Shown: positions 13,358 to 26,649, counted from the whole stretch's first letter. The stretch: 63,983 nucleotides of DNA, filler included, from Octopus bimaculoides (GCF_001194135.2; 3 parts of 3 records of this genome joined end to end with filler, not necessarily neighbours in it), one strand, 5' to 3'. Numbers and translations are program-made. Notes: generated by a model from the letters alone, not told the origin.

Positions 13358-13540
13358 GTCACAAAGGCCTGGTTAGAGATTCAACCTGCTCTATTCCTTT
13401 ACAGAGCTTAGAAAAACTGAAGAATCCCTGCAAAAAAAGTGTGAATCTGAGAGGTGAAGTTGTTGAATAAAATCATAATTAATTGATTCCCTTGTAGTTT
13501 CGTTTACCCAATGCTAGGAACTTTTAAGTACCCTCTCGTA
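13358..13540. mobile_element. Tc1/mariner-type MITE, partial (same family as 824-1042)
   Basis: Right TIR ...GCTAGGAACTTTTAAGTACCCTCTCG followed by TA. Body is homologous to the first copy. Confidence 0.7.
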
Positions 13541-14959
13541 TGGTCTTGGTGAGCTTTATATTTCTTCCACTTGAGGCCTTTAAAATAATTGACAATGAAT
13601 TATCAAGATTGATTTAAAGGGATGTGCATGTTAGAAAATAATGTTCCTTGCGGTCATGCTAGAATTCATCATCTCTCAAAGATGAATGATGGTCTCAAAA
13701 CATTAGAACGCTTGAAGAAATAATCTGTGATATTACGATACATATCTTTTTAATTTATGTGCAGTTGCCTTCAAATCTTGGTTTAGTGAATTTCCCCCTT
13801 TAGAACAGAGTCATTTCTGAAACAAGCATTATTCAAACGATCTAATTCACCACACATCTTGCTTAAAATCCCTGCACTCTTAGTTAAGGCCAAGTGTACG
13901 ACAACACAAATTCTAGAAGGGAAAATATACTGGTGTATATCACGGTTTGTAATTCATATAAGTATAAGCAGTAGAGTTTAGGAGAAAACCCATTGCATTT
14001 ATCTTGTAAATATTTAAATAAACTTTAAGCAAACGATATGATTTACTATCTAGGTGAAAAATAAGGGATTTAATACATTGTTAAGAATAATACGTGATTC
14101 TCCACGATTACCTTTTCGGAAAGACAAGCTAAATGAGTGTAAAGTAAGAAGTTTATTGCAATACCCTACGGTCGTTGCAGAGGATATCGGAACAATTTTG
14201 CTTTCGTAACATTTAGCATGACTCTACGAACAGAATGCATATTTAGCCCCTAGATACATACACACACACACAAATGCCCCACCGCTCGCACACACAGCCA
14301 GCCATATGTATTTATGTGTTTGTGAAGGGCTCATATTTTCTTTCTAATATACAATATTAAAAACGCAGTTAGGAACCAGTTTATAATCCTTTTATAACAA
14401 AGCATATTTTCTATAACTCATCATGGATATTCCATATTCTGGTTGAAATCATAAACATATTAGTTTCTGTATTTCGGTTTTTAAATCTTATTTGTGATGT
14501 CAGCTTACTGAAGTAGTTTTTCCTGTCGGTTTAAATACTGTTTTGAAGGAGATTCATTGGAACACAGTTTTAAGACACACAACATTATAAGCATATTTGA
14601 AATATTCTCCATTAACGCCCAGTGATTATCTTTGCTATTGTTTCCATTATTGTTTAGCCCTGCCCAATGATCAAAATTATTTCAGCGCAGAACAAAAAGC
14701 TCCGCAAAATGAGGCATATTAATAAAGGTGTCCTTTTATTTTAGATGCTAGGGTGTGCATTCAGTATTATTTGACTGTCATTTCTTGCCGTTAAATGATG
14801 CTCAATTATTATTACTTTTATGTTTTCTCGTCTTTTAGAATGGTACATCATATGTGCATTGCTATTTTTCTGGACATTTCGTGGCATTCCGTCGATTATG
14901 ACGACGAGGATTCCAGTTGATCCGATCAACGGAACAGCCCGGAAAAATATTGTATTTAA

Positions 14960-15130
14960 TGTTAAGTAAACCAGGCAAAATTCTTAGCGGTATTTCGTCC
15001 GTCTTTAAGGTCTGATTTCAAATTCCACAGAGGTGGAATAAAATTAGCACCAGTTGGCCACTGAGATCAATGTAATCAACATATCCCCTCCCTCGACATT
15101 GCTGGCCTCGTGCCAATATTTGTGATCGAT
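14960..15130 (+). mobile_element. SINE family B (degenerate)
   Basis: CTTAGCGGTATTTCGTC...TTCAAATTCC...GCTGGCCTCGTGCC motifs. Confidence 0.7.
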
Positions 15131-15506
15131 GTTAATTGATAATATAAAACAAAATTCGAGGGATCACGAGTCAAATGCGGAGCTACACCGTGGTCACTCC
15201 TGGTTGAAAAAAAAAACAATGAATATGTATGCAATTCACGTCACCATACCGTCTTAAAAACGTCGGATAAATTCGGTTATGTATAACTGGAACTAAGACA
15301 AGATAGTCAGGGATTGAACACGGTTCTTCATTGCTATATTCATTCAAGCTAGAAGCGACGACTTTAAACGACAAAACATCAACGGCACTTGAAAATTAAC
15401 TTCACTCTGTTGTCTTTTTATTATGGGGGATTTAAAAAAAATTATATGTAAATAGAGAATGAAAGAAATAATATTGTATGACAAATATTTTAGAAGCAGA
15501 GGCTAT

Positions 15507-15833
15507 CGTGGCACTCTGTCGGAGGGTTTCAGTTGGAAATTAACCTGCTGAGCACTCCACAGACGCGTGTACCCTTAACGTAGTTCTCGGGGGAGATTCA
15601 GCGTGATACAGAGTGTGATGAGGCTGGCTCTTTGAAATACAGTTCCAACAGAAACAAGAGAAAGTTGTTGTGATAGAATGCAGTATGGTTCGCCAACACC
15701 CCTTACCGGAGCTTCGTGGAGCTTTTAGATGTTTTCGCTCAGTAAACAGTCACAACACCCGGTCTGGAAATCGAAACCGTGATTCTATGCCCGCGAGTCC
15801 GCTGCCCCAACCATTGGGCCATTGCCCCTCCAC
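15507..15833 (-). mobile_element. tRNA-derived SINE, family D, with TSD
   Basis: Homologous to 50890-51256. Flanked by AGCAGAGGCTAT (15495-15506) and AGCAGAGTCTAT (15834-15845), an 11/12 match. Confidence 0.85.
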
Positions 15834-16741
15834 AGCAGAGTCTATATAACAAAACTGAAAACAGTTTGAATCATTAAATATATATGACCGAAAATAATCA
15901 AACAAACGACGTATGTATTGACTAGATGAAGGGCAAACATGCTGGATGTTACATACGTTATTAAAACAGTGAGGATAATACAACATTCTTTGTGCCAAAT
16001 CATGAAATATTATTAATAATACAACCATGCTTTGAATAAGAAGCGCTGCTTTCATTTTTGTTTGCATAACAGGGCGTTTAGTGGTTGCCTGTAAATTAAC
16101 CACAGTACAAAGACAACGTATGTGTATCAATTAACAGATTTGATAATTAGGTATCGTAGAACTACACTTAATTAACATACTTCTTGTGAACGCTCGGATA
16201 TGCAAATGTATACAAATCCGTAAATATTAGCCATAAAATAATATTAAGCTGATTGAACAACCGGCCGAAGCCGAATGTCGTTGATGCAAATTAGAAGACC
16301 GCAAAACAGATCAAAGTTACCTAGATTTGTCTAATGTTGAGGCCTTTCTAGTAAGAGGCTCATGCAGTTACAACCATCAGATGTTGTCACTGAGCAAGCA
16401 TAAATGCATCTAACATAATATATTGAACATTACTTTAATGAATTATCTGTGTGATCCTGTGATCGTGCGTTTATGTGTTCGTGCGCACATGTGTAACGAA
16501 ATGGCTCTGTGTGAAACTTCCATGTTTTATGTTCCTGTTCTACAATAATATTTTCAATATATTCCAATCGAATACGTGTTTCAGGTGGGTAAGTGCTCTT
16601 ATGTATTTTGATGTAACATTTGTGTGCGTTTAGCTGATTCAGTTACAGTACGTATTACCCCAAGGTAGACATTCCTATGCAGCTACGTTCAAGATTTTAC
16701 CCGAAGCGGGCGAGCAAAACCTTGTGCATGGCTGCATAGGG

Positions 16742-16954
16742 ATTTCTGATATTGATAAATCGAGTATAGCTGATCATGATTGAAAAAATAGGGACCACCT
16801 CTCACTCTGGGTTGAAGTTAAAATAATAGACAGATAACACCACTGGAAAATACGAACACTAAAAGAAGCTGAACATATGTTAGGACACAACGACCTCCTA
16901 AGCAGACCGAGTACATATGAGTAGCATTTGGAAACGGGTATCAAAGAAGTATAG
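16742..16954 (+). pseudogene. Penelope-like element GIY-YIG endonuclease C-terminal remnant
   Basis: ISDIDKSSIADHD*KNRDHLSLWVEVKIIDR*HHWKIRTLKEAEHMLGHNDLLSRP fits the Penelope pattern KS.IA.H.W...H...W..VKI.D.E..W..R..KEA. Several stops. Confidence 0.75.
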
Positions 16955-17001
16955 GAAAATATTAAATTTATGAGCCCTAAAATTCACTCCATAATTGCTC
17001 A

Positions 17002-17235
17002 CGGGCATATGGCGTAGTAGTTAAGAGCGCAGGCTACTAACACCAAGATTCCGAGTTCGATCCCAGGCAGTAACCTGAATAAGGATAATAATAAAATCGA
17101 AAAAAAAAACATTAGGAATGAGAATCCAGGTTCGAAATTTCCCCATGACACCTGATGAAGGCTGGAGGGTATATCAGCTGAAACGTTGTGCTAGTAACAA
17201 ACAAGATGAGAAGAAATATCCATCAATTGCAAATT
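17002..17235 (+). mobile_element. tRNA-like head plus hammerhead cassette downstream of Penelope ORF remnant
   Basis: A box TGGCGTAGTAG, B box GAGTTCGATCCC, short AAT tract and hammerhead-containing tail. Homologous to 2795-3160. Confidence 0.8.
17147..17192 (+). ncRNA. Minimal type I hammerhead ribozyme motif
   Basis: GACAC-CTGATGA-A-GGCTG-GAGGGTATAT-CAGCT-GAAACGTT-GTGCT. Core CUGAUGA/GAAA, 5-bp stem II, palindromic loopless stem III (ACGU), predicted GUU cleavage after 17187. Confidence 0.7.
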
Positions 17236-17701
17236 TATGAAATTATTTCAATGTCTGTATCATTAATAAAACTATGTGGAAAAGTACAAAAGACTACGTA
17301 ATTTTTTCTTTACAATTTTGTGGCGTGGGGCCTGTCTATTATATCAACACAACGACGTGACTGGTACTTTACTTTAATGACACCGAAAAGTTGCAGGTAA
17401 ACTTGACATTGGGGGAACCTAAATCTAGAACTTAAAGAGTCGGACCCATTATGAAAATCATTTTATTCCTCGTCTTCAAAGACTGCCACATCACCGCCTT
17501 CATGATTATCTTACATTTTGGCAAAAGGNNNNNNNNNNNNNNNNNNNNNNNNNNNNNNNNNNNNNNNNNNNNNNNNNNNNNNNNNNNNNNNNNNNNNNNN
17601 NNNNNNNNNNNNNNNNNNNNNNNNNNNNNNNNNNNNNNNNNNNNNNNNNNNNNNNNNNNNNNNNNNNNNNNNNNNNNNNNNNNNNNNNNNNNNNNNNNNN
17701 N

Positions 17702-18460
17702 TCTAATCGACTAGCCCACTCCCTCAAAATTTCTGGCCTTGTGCCTAGAGTAGAAAAGATTATTTTGATTTCAAATATTGGCACAATCCCAGCAGGTTCA
17801 CGGGTGGTAGTAATCCGATTATATCCCTTTCAATAATCAACTGGTACTTATTTTATTGGCTTCGAAAGAATGAAAGGTAATGTCGACCTTGGCAAAATTT
17901 GAACTCAGAACAGAAAGGCAGACGCAACACCGCTAAGCATTCCAGCTAGGCGTGCTACCGCTTCTGGCAGCGCGCTGCCTTAAATTGAAGAATGTATATT
18001 GAGATAAAGTTCACATTTTTTTGATTTCGAATTAAGGTGGCGAGCTGGCAGAAACGTTAGCACGTCGGGCGAAATGCTTATCGGAATTTCGTCTATCTTT
18101 ACTCTCTGAGTTCAAATTCCACCAAGGTCGACTTTGCCTTTCATCCTTTCTGGGTCGATAAATTAAGTACCAGTTGCGTACTGAGGTTGATCTAATCGAC
18201 TAGCCCACTCCCTCAAAATTTCTGGCCTTGTGCCTAGAGTAGAAAAGATTATTTTGATTTCAAATATTGGCACAATCCCAGCAGGTTCACGGGTGGTAGT
18301 AATCCGATTATATCCCTTTCAATAATCAACTGGTACTTATTTTATTGGCTTCGAAAGAATGAAAGGTAATGTCGACCTTGGCAAAATTTGAACTTCAGAA
18401 CATAAAAACGGTCAAAATGCCGCAAAGCATTTCACCGGGAGTGCTAACGATTCTGCTAGC
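17702..18460. mobile_element. Cluster of SINE family B copies in tail-to-tail pairs
   Basis: Plus copy 18035-18250 (AAGGTGGCGAGCTGGCAG...GAGTTCAAATTCC...AGGTCGACTTTGCCTTTCATCCTTTC), minus copies ~17790-17990 and ~18280-18460, and a plus tail at 17702-17760. Confidence 0.85.
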
Positions 18461-19499
18461 TCGCAGCTCAAATAATAGGAATAATAATGTAGACATAATG
18501 ATAATGATGATGATGAGAGGAATGATAACGACGTATGTGTTTACTGGAATAACCACAGAATTCGGAATTATAAGAGAAAGCAATAGAAAAAAATAACTGA
18601 ACGAAGACTTAACAAGGGAGGCAGAAGAATAGGAGGTGGAGGGTGTTTCAGCAGCAGTAGCTGCAGTAGAGGAGAGAAGGAGGACAAGTAGAAGGAGAAT
18701 TAGAAGTAGGAGGAGGCGAAAAAGGAGGTTGAGAAGAAGAAGAAGTTGAGGGAGGTGGAGGAATTGATCCTGAGTGATTATGATGTGAATAAGGATGAAT
18801 TTCATATATTTCATATTCGTCACTCCTTGAAAAGTTGCTTAAACATCTGCTTCAGTTCTGTTCTTAATTGCCTAAATATTTCTACGAAACAGGAAATGAC
18901 TTTCTTGAGTTGCCTCAAATAGACAATGAAAATAAATTTAAAAAATTAAAATTAAAAAAACACTAACTTTTACTTTCCTTCAAGGCTTCCATTTTTTCTC
19001 AGATCTCTTTCTTCTCCGTTCCCTCTTTCTTTCTCTCTCTCTAATTCTATTGCTTCTCTTGCAAATATTATTACCATTTCCAGTTAACTCACTGCTTTTT
19101 TGTATTATTTCTGCTTCTTTTGTAGTTTGTAGGACAATTGCAGATTTACTCACCTTCTCTCTCTCACTCTTTCTTTCTCTCTCATTGATTTTCAACACTG
19201 TATTTATACTCTCCTATTTTTTATGAAATCTTTTCCGCTATACTTCCAATAAAAGTACACATCTTGCGTTGATTTTAAATACAAATATTACGAAAACACG
19301 TTTGACAATAGAATAAACACACATACACACTCACATGCACGTTCATTTATTTGCTTGGGAAGTTGCGGTTTTGCTAAAAGGCCAGTGTAAGTTCTTTTTG
19401 AGAAAAGATATCGATTGAATTAACATTTAACTCGAACCTTCGTCAATTAACAAATTAATACCGGATAAATCATGAGTAGAGGTCCATTGCCAGAGGGTC

Positions 19500-20035
19500 A
19501 ATGTTCTATGAAGTGGGTGGATGCGCAGAGGGATTTGGTCGAAGACTGACAACTTACAAAAGAAAGGAAAGACAAGACTAACAATTTACAAAAAAAATCT
19601 TTGACGAAGAAAGGAAAGACAAGGCGGCCAGAAAGTCCATAGTCGAAATGATTTGATGTCAACCGCCACCAAGAAGAACAGAACATGTAAATAACTGTAG
19701 AAAGAGACAGAGAGAGAAGATAACACGAATTGATACCAGAATTCGGTACGTCTCTCTGGGAGACAAGTCTGTGCTGATATTTTCTTCATGGATAAAGCTG
19801 TTCATTTCACCTTTCCTGGACGTCTAGAGCGTCTGCATGTGCACAGCGGTACCGACCCAAATGTGAGAGCAATGATCCATTGTGACAATCACCTGATCTT
19901 TGTGGATTGTGCATAGTTGTAGGATTGGTGAAGTATCTTCCAGGTCTGAAGAAGAAGAAGGGCCAGTTGAAGAATGTTGACCTTGCAAAAATAATCCTTT
20001 CTTCTAAAGCCACAAGGCGTGACATTTTGAGGGAG
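19500..20035 (+). pseudogene. Highly degenerate RTE-type reverse transcriptase remnant (tentative)
   Basis: Fragments KITRIDTRIRYVSLGD, KSCADIFFM and GLKKKKGQLKNVDLAKIILSSKA loosely follow the order of RTE RT segments. Many stops and frameshifts. Confidence 0.4.
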
Positions 20036-20044
20036 AAGAGTAGT

Positions 20045-20175
20045 CGATATCATCGACCCCGGTGGTTCGCTGGTACTTAATTTAAAAGGATGAAGGGCAA
20101 AGTCGACCTCGGTGGAATTTGAACTCAGAACGTAAGGACGGACGAAATACCGCTAAGCATTGTTGCCCGGCGTGC
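20045..20175 (-). mobile_element. SINE family B, partial
   Basis: Reverse complement of the family B head and core. Confidence 0.8.
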
Positions 20176-20914
20176 TAACAACAACAATGATGTCCTTACA
20201 ACAACAATGATGTGAGTTTGCTGATATATTTTATTTTCAAAAACGCATTTTTCAGCAGATAAAAATATCCACATCGGATTATGAAAAGCAATTTCTCGCC
20301 GTGTATTTATGTTTATATACGCTGTACCACAGATCATGTTAATATATATATAGGTTAACTAAGGCAGCAAGGTGTCAAAATCATTTGTCTTCAAGTTCTA
20401 GATTCAAAAGCACCAGTTGAACGCAGGGATCAATATAATCGACTTACCCGCTCCTCCTGAATTGCTGGCCTTGTGTCAAAATGTGAAAACAAGATGTATA
20501 TGGGTTAACCGAAATATTGACAACCAAACAGAATGGCTGAAATAGTGATTAAAATTCAAAATTAAAATAAACTGGAAGAAATCACCTGTTATATTATTTC
20601 GAAGATATATGTTATAGTAATTTTACCTGTGGAAACGATTAACAAGAAATCTGAAATGAAAATCAAACGAACTCGGAGCATTGAGATGTATAAGACGCTT
20701 GTATTATTATTTGTGAAATGAATTTCCATGTAGCTACGTTTAGATATTAATGTTATAAATAAACTTTGAAGTGCAGTGAGTTGCTACTTTACAGAAAAGA
20801 AAGGATAACTTGGACGCAGAATAATTGTGGAAACAGCTTAAAAGTTCATGCTATTTATTATTGATGTCGTTTTATTATCAATTCTAATTTTTGGGAGGTG
20901 CAATCGGTGGTCCA

Positions 20915-20917
<3 letters not shown>

Positions 20918-20972
<55 letters not shown>

Positions 20973-21024
20973 GTTGTTGTTGTTGTTGTTGTTGTTGGTG
21001 GTGTTGCTGTTGTTGTTGTTGTTG

Positions 21025-21098
<74 letters not shown>

Positions 21099-21100
21099 TA
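20918..21100. repeat. Compound trinucleotide microsatellite (TTA)n-(TTG)n-(TTA)n
   Basis: Seen directly. It produces the spurious poly-N/L/Y/I ORFs. Confidence 0.98.
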
Positions 21101-21319
21101 TAGGATTGAGGTAACTCATCCAGAAGATATAGAAGCAGAAAAATAGAAGAGTGCCATTGTCATCAAGTGAACGATATTTTGAGCCTGTGGAAGACATGCG
21201 AGATGTCGAAATATCGTTCACTTGATAACAATGGCACTTTTCTTTTTTGCTTTTCTTATCATTATTGCTGCTGCTGTTGTTGTTGTTGTTGTTGTTGTTG
21301 TTGTCGTTGTCATCATCAA

Positions 21320-21530
21320 GCCGGTGAGCCGGCAGAATCGTAAGAAAGCCGCGCGAAACGCTTAGCGCTATTGAGTCCAACTTTACGTTTTGAGTTCAAA
21401 TTCAGCCGCGATCGACTTTTTCTTTTCATCCTTTCGGGGTCGATGAAATAAGTAAACACTGGAATCGATGTAATCAACTAGTCCCCTTCCCCACAAACAT
21501 TAGGCCTTGTGCCTATAGTAGAAAGAATTA
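21320..21530 (+). mobile_element. SINE family B
   Basis: Head, GAGTTCAAATTC B box, core and GGCCTTGTGCCTATAGTAGAAAG tail. Confidence 0.85.
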
Positions 21531-23004
21531 TTAGAATTAGTGTTGTTGTTATTCGTATTTGGTATTGCGTAGGGTGGTGCCATGTGGCAAATTCGTTAGA
21601 TGGTCGGACAAAACCTCTTGCGTCATTTGTTTAGCTTCATTTCGTTCTGAGTTCAAATCCTACCGTGGTGAATGTAGCCTTTCAACTGTACGGCCGGACA
21701 ATATAGAGTACGGTCATGTACTCCATCAAATTACAAGCCTTAGCCTTATGTTAGGTACAAATGTTATTATGGTTGTTGTTGCTGCTGTATCAATGATTTA
21801 TTGAGCGAATATCAATTAAATGGTGTAGTTGGCTTTAATGAATACAATGACTGTGGCATGCAGCAATTGTTTTAGTTTCAGCAAACGTTCTCCAATCTCC
21901 TGCCAAACAAGTGGAACTCAGAAGATTAAAGTAATCATTGATTGTTATTGTTCTCGGAGGAGTGGGTGTGTTTTGGGGGAAAGCCCGGGTTTTCATTGAT
22001 TCAAGCACTTAAATGCCTCTTATTTTATCGACCTTGCAGGATGAAAGGAAAACTCACACTCAAAGCAGTATATTATTCAATATAATAATACATTAAGGCG
22101 TTGACCTAGAAGATTCATTATTGTGTCGGGGAAAAATGCTTAGCTACATTTCTTTCGACTTTACTTTCTGAGCTCAAAGCTTTAAGTGCCAAGTGAGCCC
22201 TGGTTTCGCTGTAACAGATTTACACCTCTCTCGAAGTTGCTGGCCTTGTGCCAAAATTTTGAAGCAACGTAATAAAACTTTAATATTATAAACACTTAGA
22301 AAAGCAAATACAACACTTTCTGCATCACATGATTGACATGTCTTTCTTCCTTTCCTCCTTTCTCTTTTTCCTCTCTTTTCTCCATTTTACTCCTTAAAAC
22401 AGACTGGATGGTAGAAACGAATTGTTGAAACGTATTTCAATCTTTGGCAAATTTGAACTGAGGAAGGAATACAAAGTTTAGGTGTTTTCAGCGAGAAAAA
22501 TATTTGAAGAGGAACAAATACAATGAAGTGAAGGAATTTCACTGTCACTGCTGAAGTCAGTGAGAGAAATAATTTTATGTGAATGGCATGCGTGAAGCGA
22601 TTCTTAACGTTTTTAGGGATCTTGGCATGCATAACACATTTACAAGTAACACGCCTGACTGCACTGACGATAGGACAGATAAAGGCCACAGCTTATGACT
22701 GTTTAGTTAAGCCTTCAATTTTGAGTTGAATAATTACAAATAAGCAAACTTTGGGGTTAATTAATAGCAACTTGAGGAACGACACCTGCAGTAGGAGAAC
22801 TATATTCAGAAATCCGTTTAGAAATTGTTAGCTATGAGAGTTTCGGTTGCCATATACCAACACAGAGACTGACTACAGTTATTGTTTTATAGGATTATGT
22901 AAGCGTTATGCAAATACATACAGTGTATACGTTTAAGTGGTAACACAAAGGCTTGTTAGCTGGAAGGCACAATGTAGTTTCTTGTGCAACCATGATATAA
23001 TGTT

Positions 23005-23225
23005 TAAGGCGGCGAGCTGGCAGAAGCGTAAGCACGTCGGATGAAATGCTTAGCGGTATTTCGCCTGTCTTTACCCTCTGAGTTCAAATTCCGCCGAGGT
23101 CAACGTTGCCTCTCATCCTTTCGGGGGTCGACAACTTAAGTATCAGTTGCGTATTGAGGTCGATATGATCGACTGAGAGAGACCCTCCCCCAAGATTTCG
23201 GGTATTTGTGCCTCGAGTCGAAAAG
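23005..23225 (+). mobile_element. SINE family B
   Basis: AAGGCGGCGAGCTGGCAGAAGCG...GAGTTCAAATTCCGCCGAGG...; near full length. Confidence 0.88.
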
Positions 23226-23714
23226 AACCATGATATAATGTAAAGTGGATTAAAGGCTATAAATGAAGACTGGATCCTATTTTTTTCTGTATTACCAATG
23301 GGATTTATTCACTTTGAACTTCTCTCTTCGGACTTTCTGTGGAATTTAGAGCCAACGATGAAAGTTACGACGTTTCGCATAGATATCCGTCCATACAAAA
23401 AAAAACAATAAATAATAATACCATCGAAGATTGAAAAATAAATAATGCGTGTATATGAATGTTTCAGGATAATTCCCTATGTAGGAGTTAAAGTTCACAG
23501 ATATGTGCTCAAGGGATTTCCAACATGTTTTCGGTGTTCGAGACGCGGTGCTCCTTATATGATTTTCGTTTTAAGGACATTAACAGATGTTACATGGATA
23601 GAATATGTTTTGTTTACCTCTCGCATGTCAGCCGACCTTCCAGTTTGAGGATTTTATCCTTTTTCTTCTATGCTAGATTTTTCTTTGATACATCCTCTGT
23701 GCTAATAGAGAATA

Positions 23715-23799
<85 letters not shown>

Positions 23800-23814
23800 T
23801 TTGTTTATCGACTG

Positions 23815-24040
23815 CCGCGTCGCATAATCCAAAACAATTCCAAACAAGTAAGATGCAACTATGTCTCCTTCTAGCGACCCAGTTAGTATTTGAAGGGATT
23901 TCGTTTCTCCGTCGGATGACACCACGTGTGCTCCGTTGCTTACGTATGTCTTTGCACAAGAACTAGGTCTTCTGGAATGCCATGTACTCGAAGTGTCTTC
24001 GTCATTTTGTTCCGCTGGATACTTTTTAGCGCTTTGTTGA
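23815..24040 (-). pseudogene. RTE-type reverse transcriptase fragment
   Basis: FNKALKSIQRNKMTKTLRVHGIPEDLV / SSDGETKSLQILTGSLEGDIVASYLFGIVLDYATRQSI resembles the DF.KAFDSI...YGIP and GVLQGDTLAPYLFIIVLDY segments. Frameshifted. Confidence 0.7.
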
Positions 24041-24079
24041 AGTGCAGAAAGTCATAATGGCATATAGGTGCCTTGATTT

Positions 24080-24520
24080 GACGCCTATCACAAGCTTCAG
24101 GGCTAATATCAGAGATGTGGATCTCCCTGGTCTAAATCCATTTTTATTTCGCACCGCGACCCATAATAACCAGCGAAATGGATGTCACTGTATTGTTCCA
24201 AATGTCCTGGTCATCACGTCTAGAGTGAGGAGCTTGTTGTGCAATAGCTTAGGATACAAGGGCCCAATGCAATTTAATACATTGCCAAAACATCTGAGAG
24301 AACTACGCAGAGTAGTTGTAGATATTTTCAAGAAACAAGCTGCCGTCCTGCTGCCCAAGCTCATAGCAAGAATTTCAAAAGGGGGTAGCATTATGAAACA
24401 CGCTCTTCCAGTAAAAGCCGATTGCAAACGAATGGACATTGAAAAAATGATAAGCAAGGCACTACCCTAGCATGGCCACAGCTTTGAGATGAAATGAAAG
24501 TCTAAAAGAATATTTATTTA
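24080..24520 (+). mobile_element. 3' end of CR1/L2-group-like non-LTR retrotransposon
   Basis: ...RVRSLLCNSLGYKGPMQFNTLPKHLRELRRVVVDIFKKQ resembles the S.....GP.LFN.LP..LR......FK..LD C-terminal motif. It is followed by a 3' tail and an A/T-rich end. Confidence 0.65.
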
Positions 24521-24587
24521 TAAATATAATACACATTTATATATATACATCGATATATATACACACATATATATAGACACATATATG

Positions 24588-24642
<55 letters not shown>

Positions 24643-25771
24643 TTACACACACGCATACATACATATATTTACACGAAACTGTATAGGTACGTGTTTATGT
24701 GGGTGTTCTTCAATTAATGTTATTCTCTGTGTTTAAATATATATTGGTATATTGGTGTACATTAACTTCTTGCTGACTTCTGCAGTCGTAATTTCATTCT
24801 TAATTTAACCTATCTATTCATGTCTGATGGAATTAGTTGATAGGAAGCGATATTCCATGATGTATCATGATAATTCCACCAATTCAATCAAATATTTATG
24901 GCAAGCAACAACAGGAACAATAGTATTCTAATATTCCAATTTACTTTTATATTATATTACATATTATATTTGATACTTTTATATTGATAAATAAAATTGA
25001 AATATATATTTCACAGTTACATATAATTCAAAATTATTAGTTTACCCCTTGAAAATTTAATACAATTAAATATTGTGATGGTCATCATTTTGATAACATT
25101 CCTGGCTGAAAGTCATTGACTGGAACCTAGAATTGAAAGATCATTGCTGATTTAGTTCTGTATAAAAGCTAACGGCTGTTTTATGTCACATACTACCCGC
25201 GTGTATTCCTTGACGATCTTTTTCTCTTAAGAAGCACATTTTTTTAGATACTTGACATGTACTGATAGCTAGTTATTGCAGGGGAGAAGATCGTTTTTGA
25301 TCAGCCGTGGTGGGATTAATAATTTCAATTTTAAATCAAGTCGCAATGAATACGTACAGCATTTACGTATTGAATAGGTCTTGTTTTTGATTTCTCATTA
25401 CAAGGGTCTCAAAAACCTTCTCATCAAAGGATTAATGCTTAGCGGCATTTCATTCATTTTTAAGTCGTCAGCATAACATAAACATAAGGCATATAAATTT
25501 AACTAAATTAAACATTTTATGAAACGATAGATTTCATATATATTGAGATTCCACTAAAGGTGGAAGGATATCGTCCACCAATCACTGAATATGGAAAATA
25601 TATCGACTACTCATAGCATAATACTAGATTTTAAATATTAGTGAGAAAAAACAATGGGAATAAATTCACATATGGCGCAAGTATACATACACAGACAGGC
25701 AGAAAGACAGACAGACACAGACACACACACAGACACACACGCACACTCACACGCACACACAAACACACACA

Positions 25772-25821
<50 letters not shown>

Positions 25822-26649
25822 NNNNNNNNNNNNNNNNNNNNNNNNNNNNNNNNNNNNNNNNNNNNNNNNNNNNNNNNNNNNNNNNNNNNNNNNNNNNNNN
25901 NNNNNNNNNNNNNNNNNNNNNNNNNNNNNNNNNNNNNNNNNNNNNNNNGAGAGAGAGAGAGAGAGAGAGTAAATTTATATTCCGTACATTTGTTTCTAAA
26001 TTTAGAATCGATCATCCAAATAGAATAATCTAGAGTTTTGAAGGGCGTCCTATATTACCAGTGAATTGAAGCTTTCAAACTGTTTTGATATATGAAACTT
26101 GAACATCAAAAGACTCCTACAATTTGGAGTTTTTTTTTTTTTATGCACTTTCCCATCAATACATTAATGTTTTTCTCCGAGTTGAACGACAAGTGACATT
26201 TTTTAAATTATCAAAATCATTTTATCATTTTTCTAGATAATCTTGATCTTATGAAAAAATGAAAATTTCCTTTGCACTAACTATACATCCATTCATCTAT
26301 CCATCGATCCATCGATCCATCCATCCATCCATCCATCCATAAATGCATACATACATACATACATACATACATACGTTTTTTTGTATTTGTGTAACATTCT
26401 CCGTTTTTTTTTTCGTCCTCGTTTTCGTATACGTTCGATACTATGCTCTTAACTTAGGTTTTCATTGGGGCTGGCCAGATTAGGGCAATCTCGAATATAA
26501 ACAGCCGAAATTTCAAAGATCATCTGGAACTCGACTGAGGAAAGAAAACTCCGAATGACCCGTCCTCGTATTCTTTGTGTGGTCTATCAGGATATTTTGC
26601 GTTCTTGTCCCATTTTGTATTATATATATATATATGTATATATATACAC

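Noticed and set aside
22387-22720. Protein-like patches (e.g. MREAILNVFRDLGM on plus; the 100-aa minus ORF)
   Set aside because: Stops interrupt the plus-strand frames, no consistent splice pair was found, and no family was recognised.
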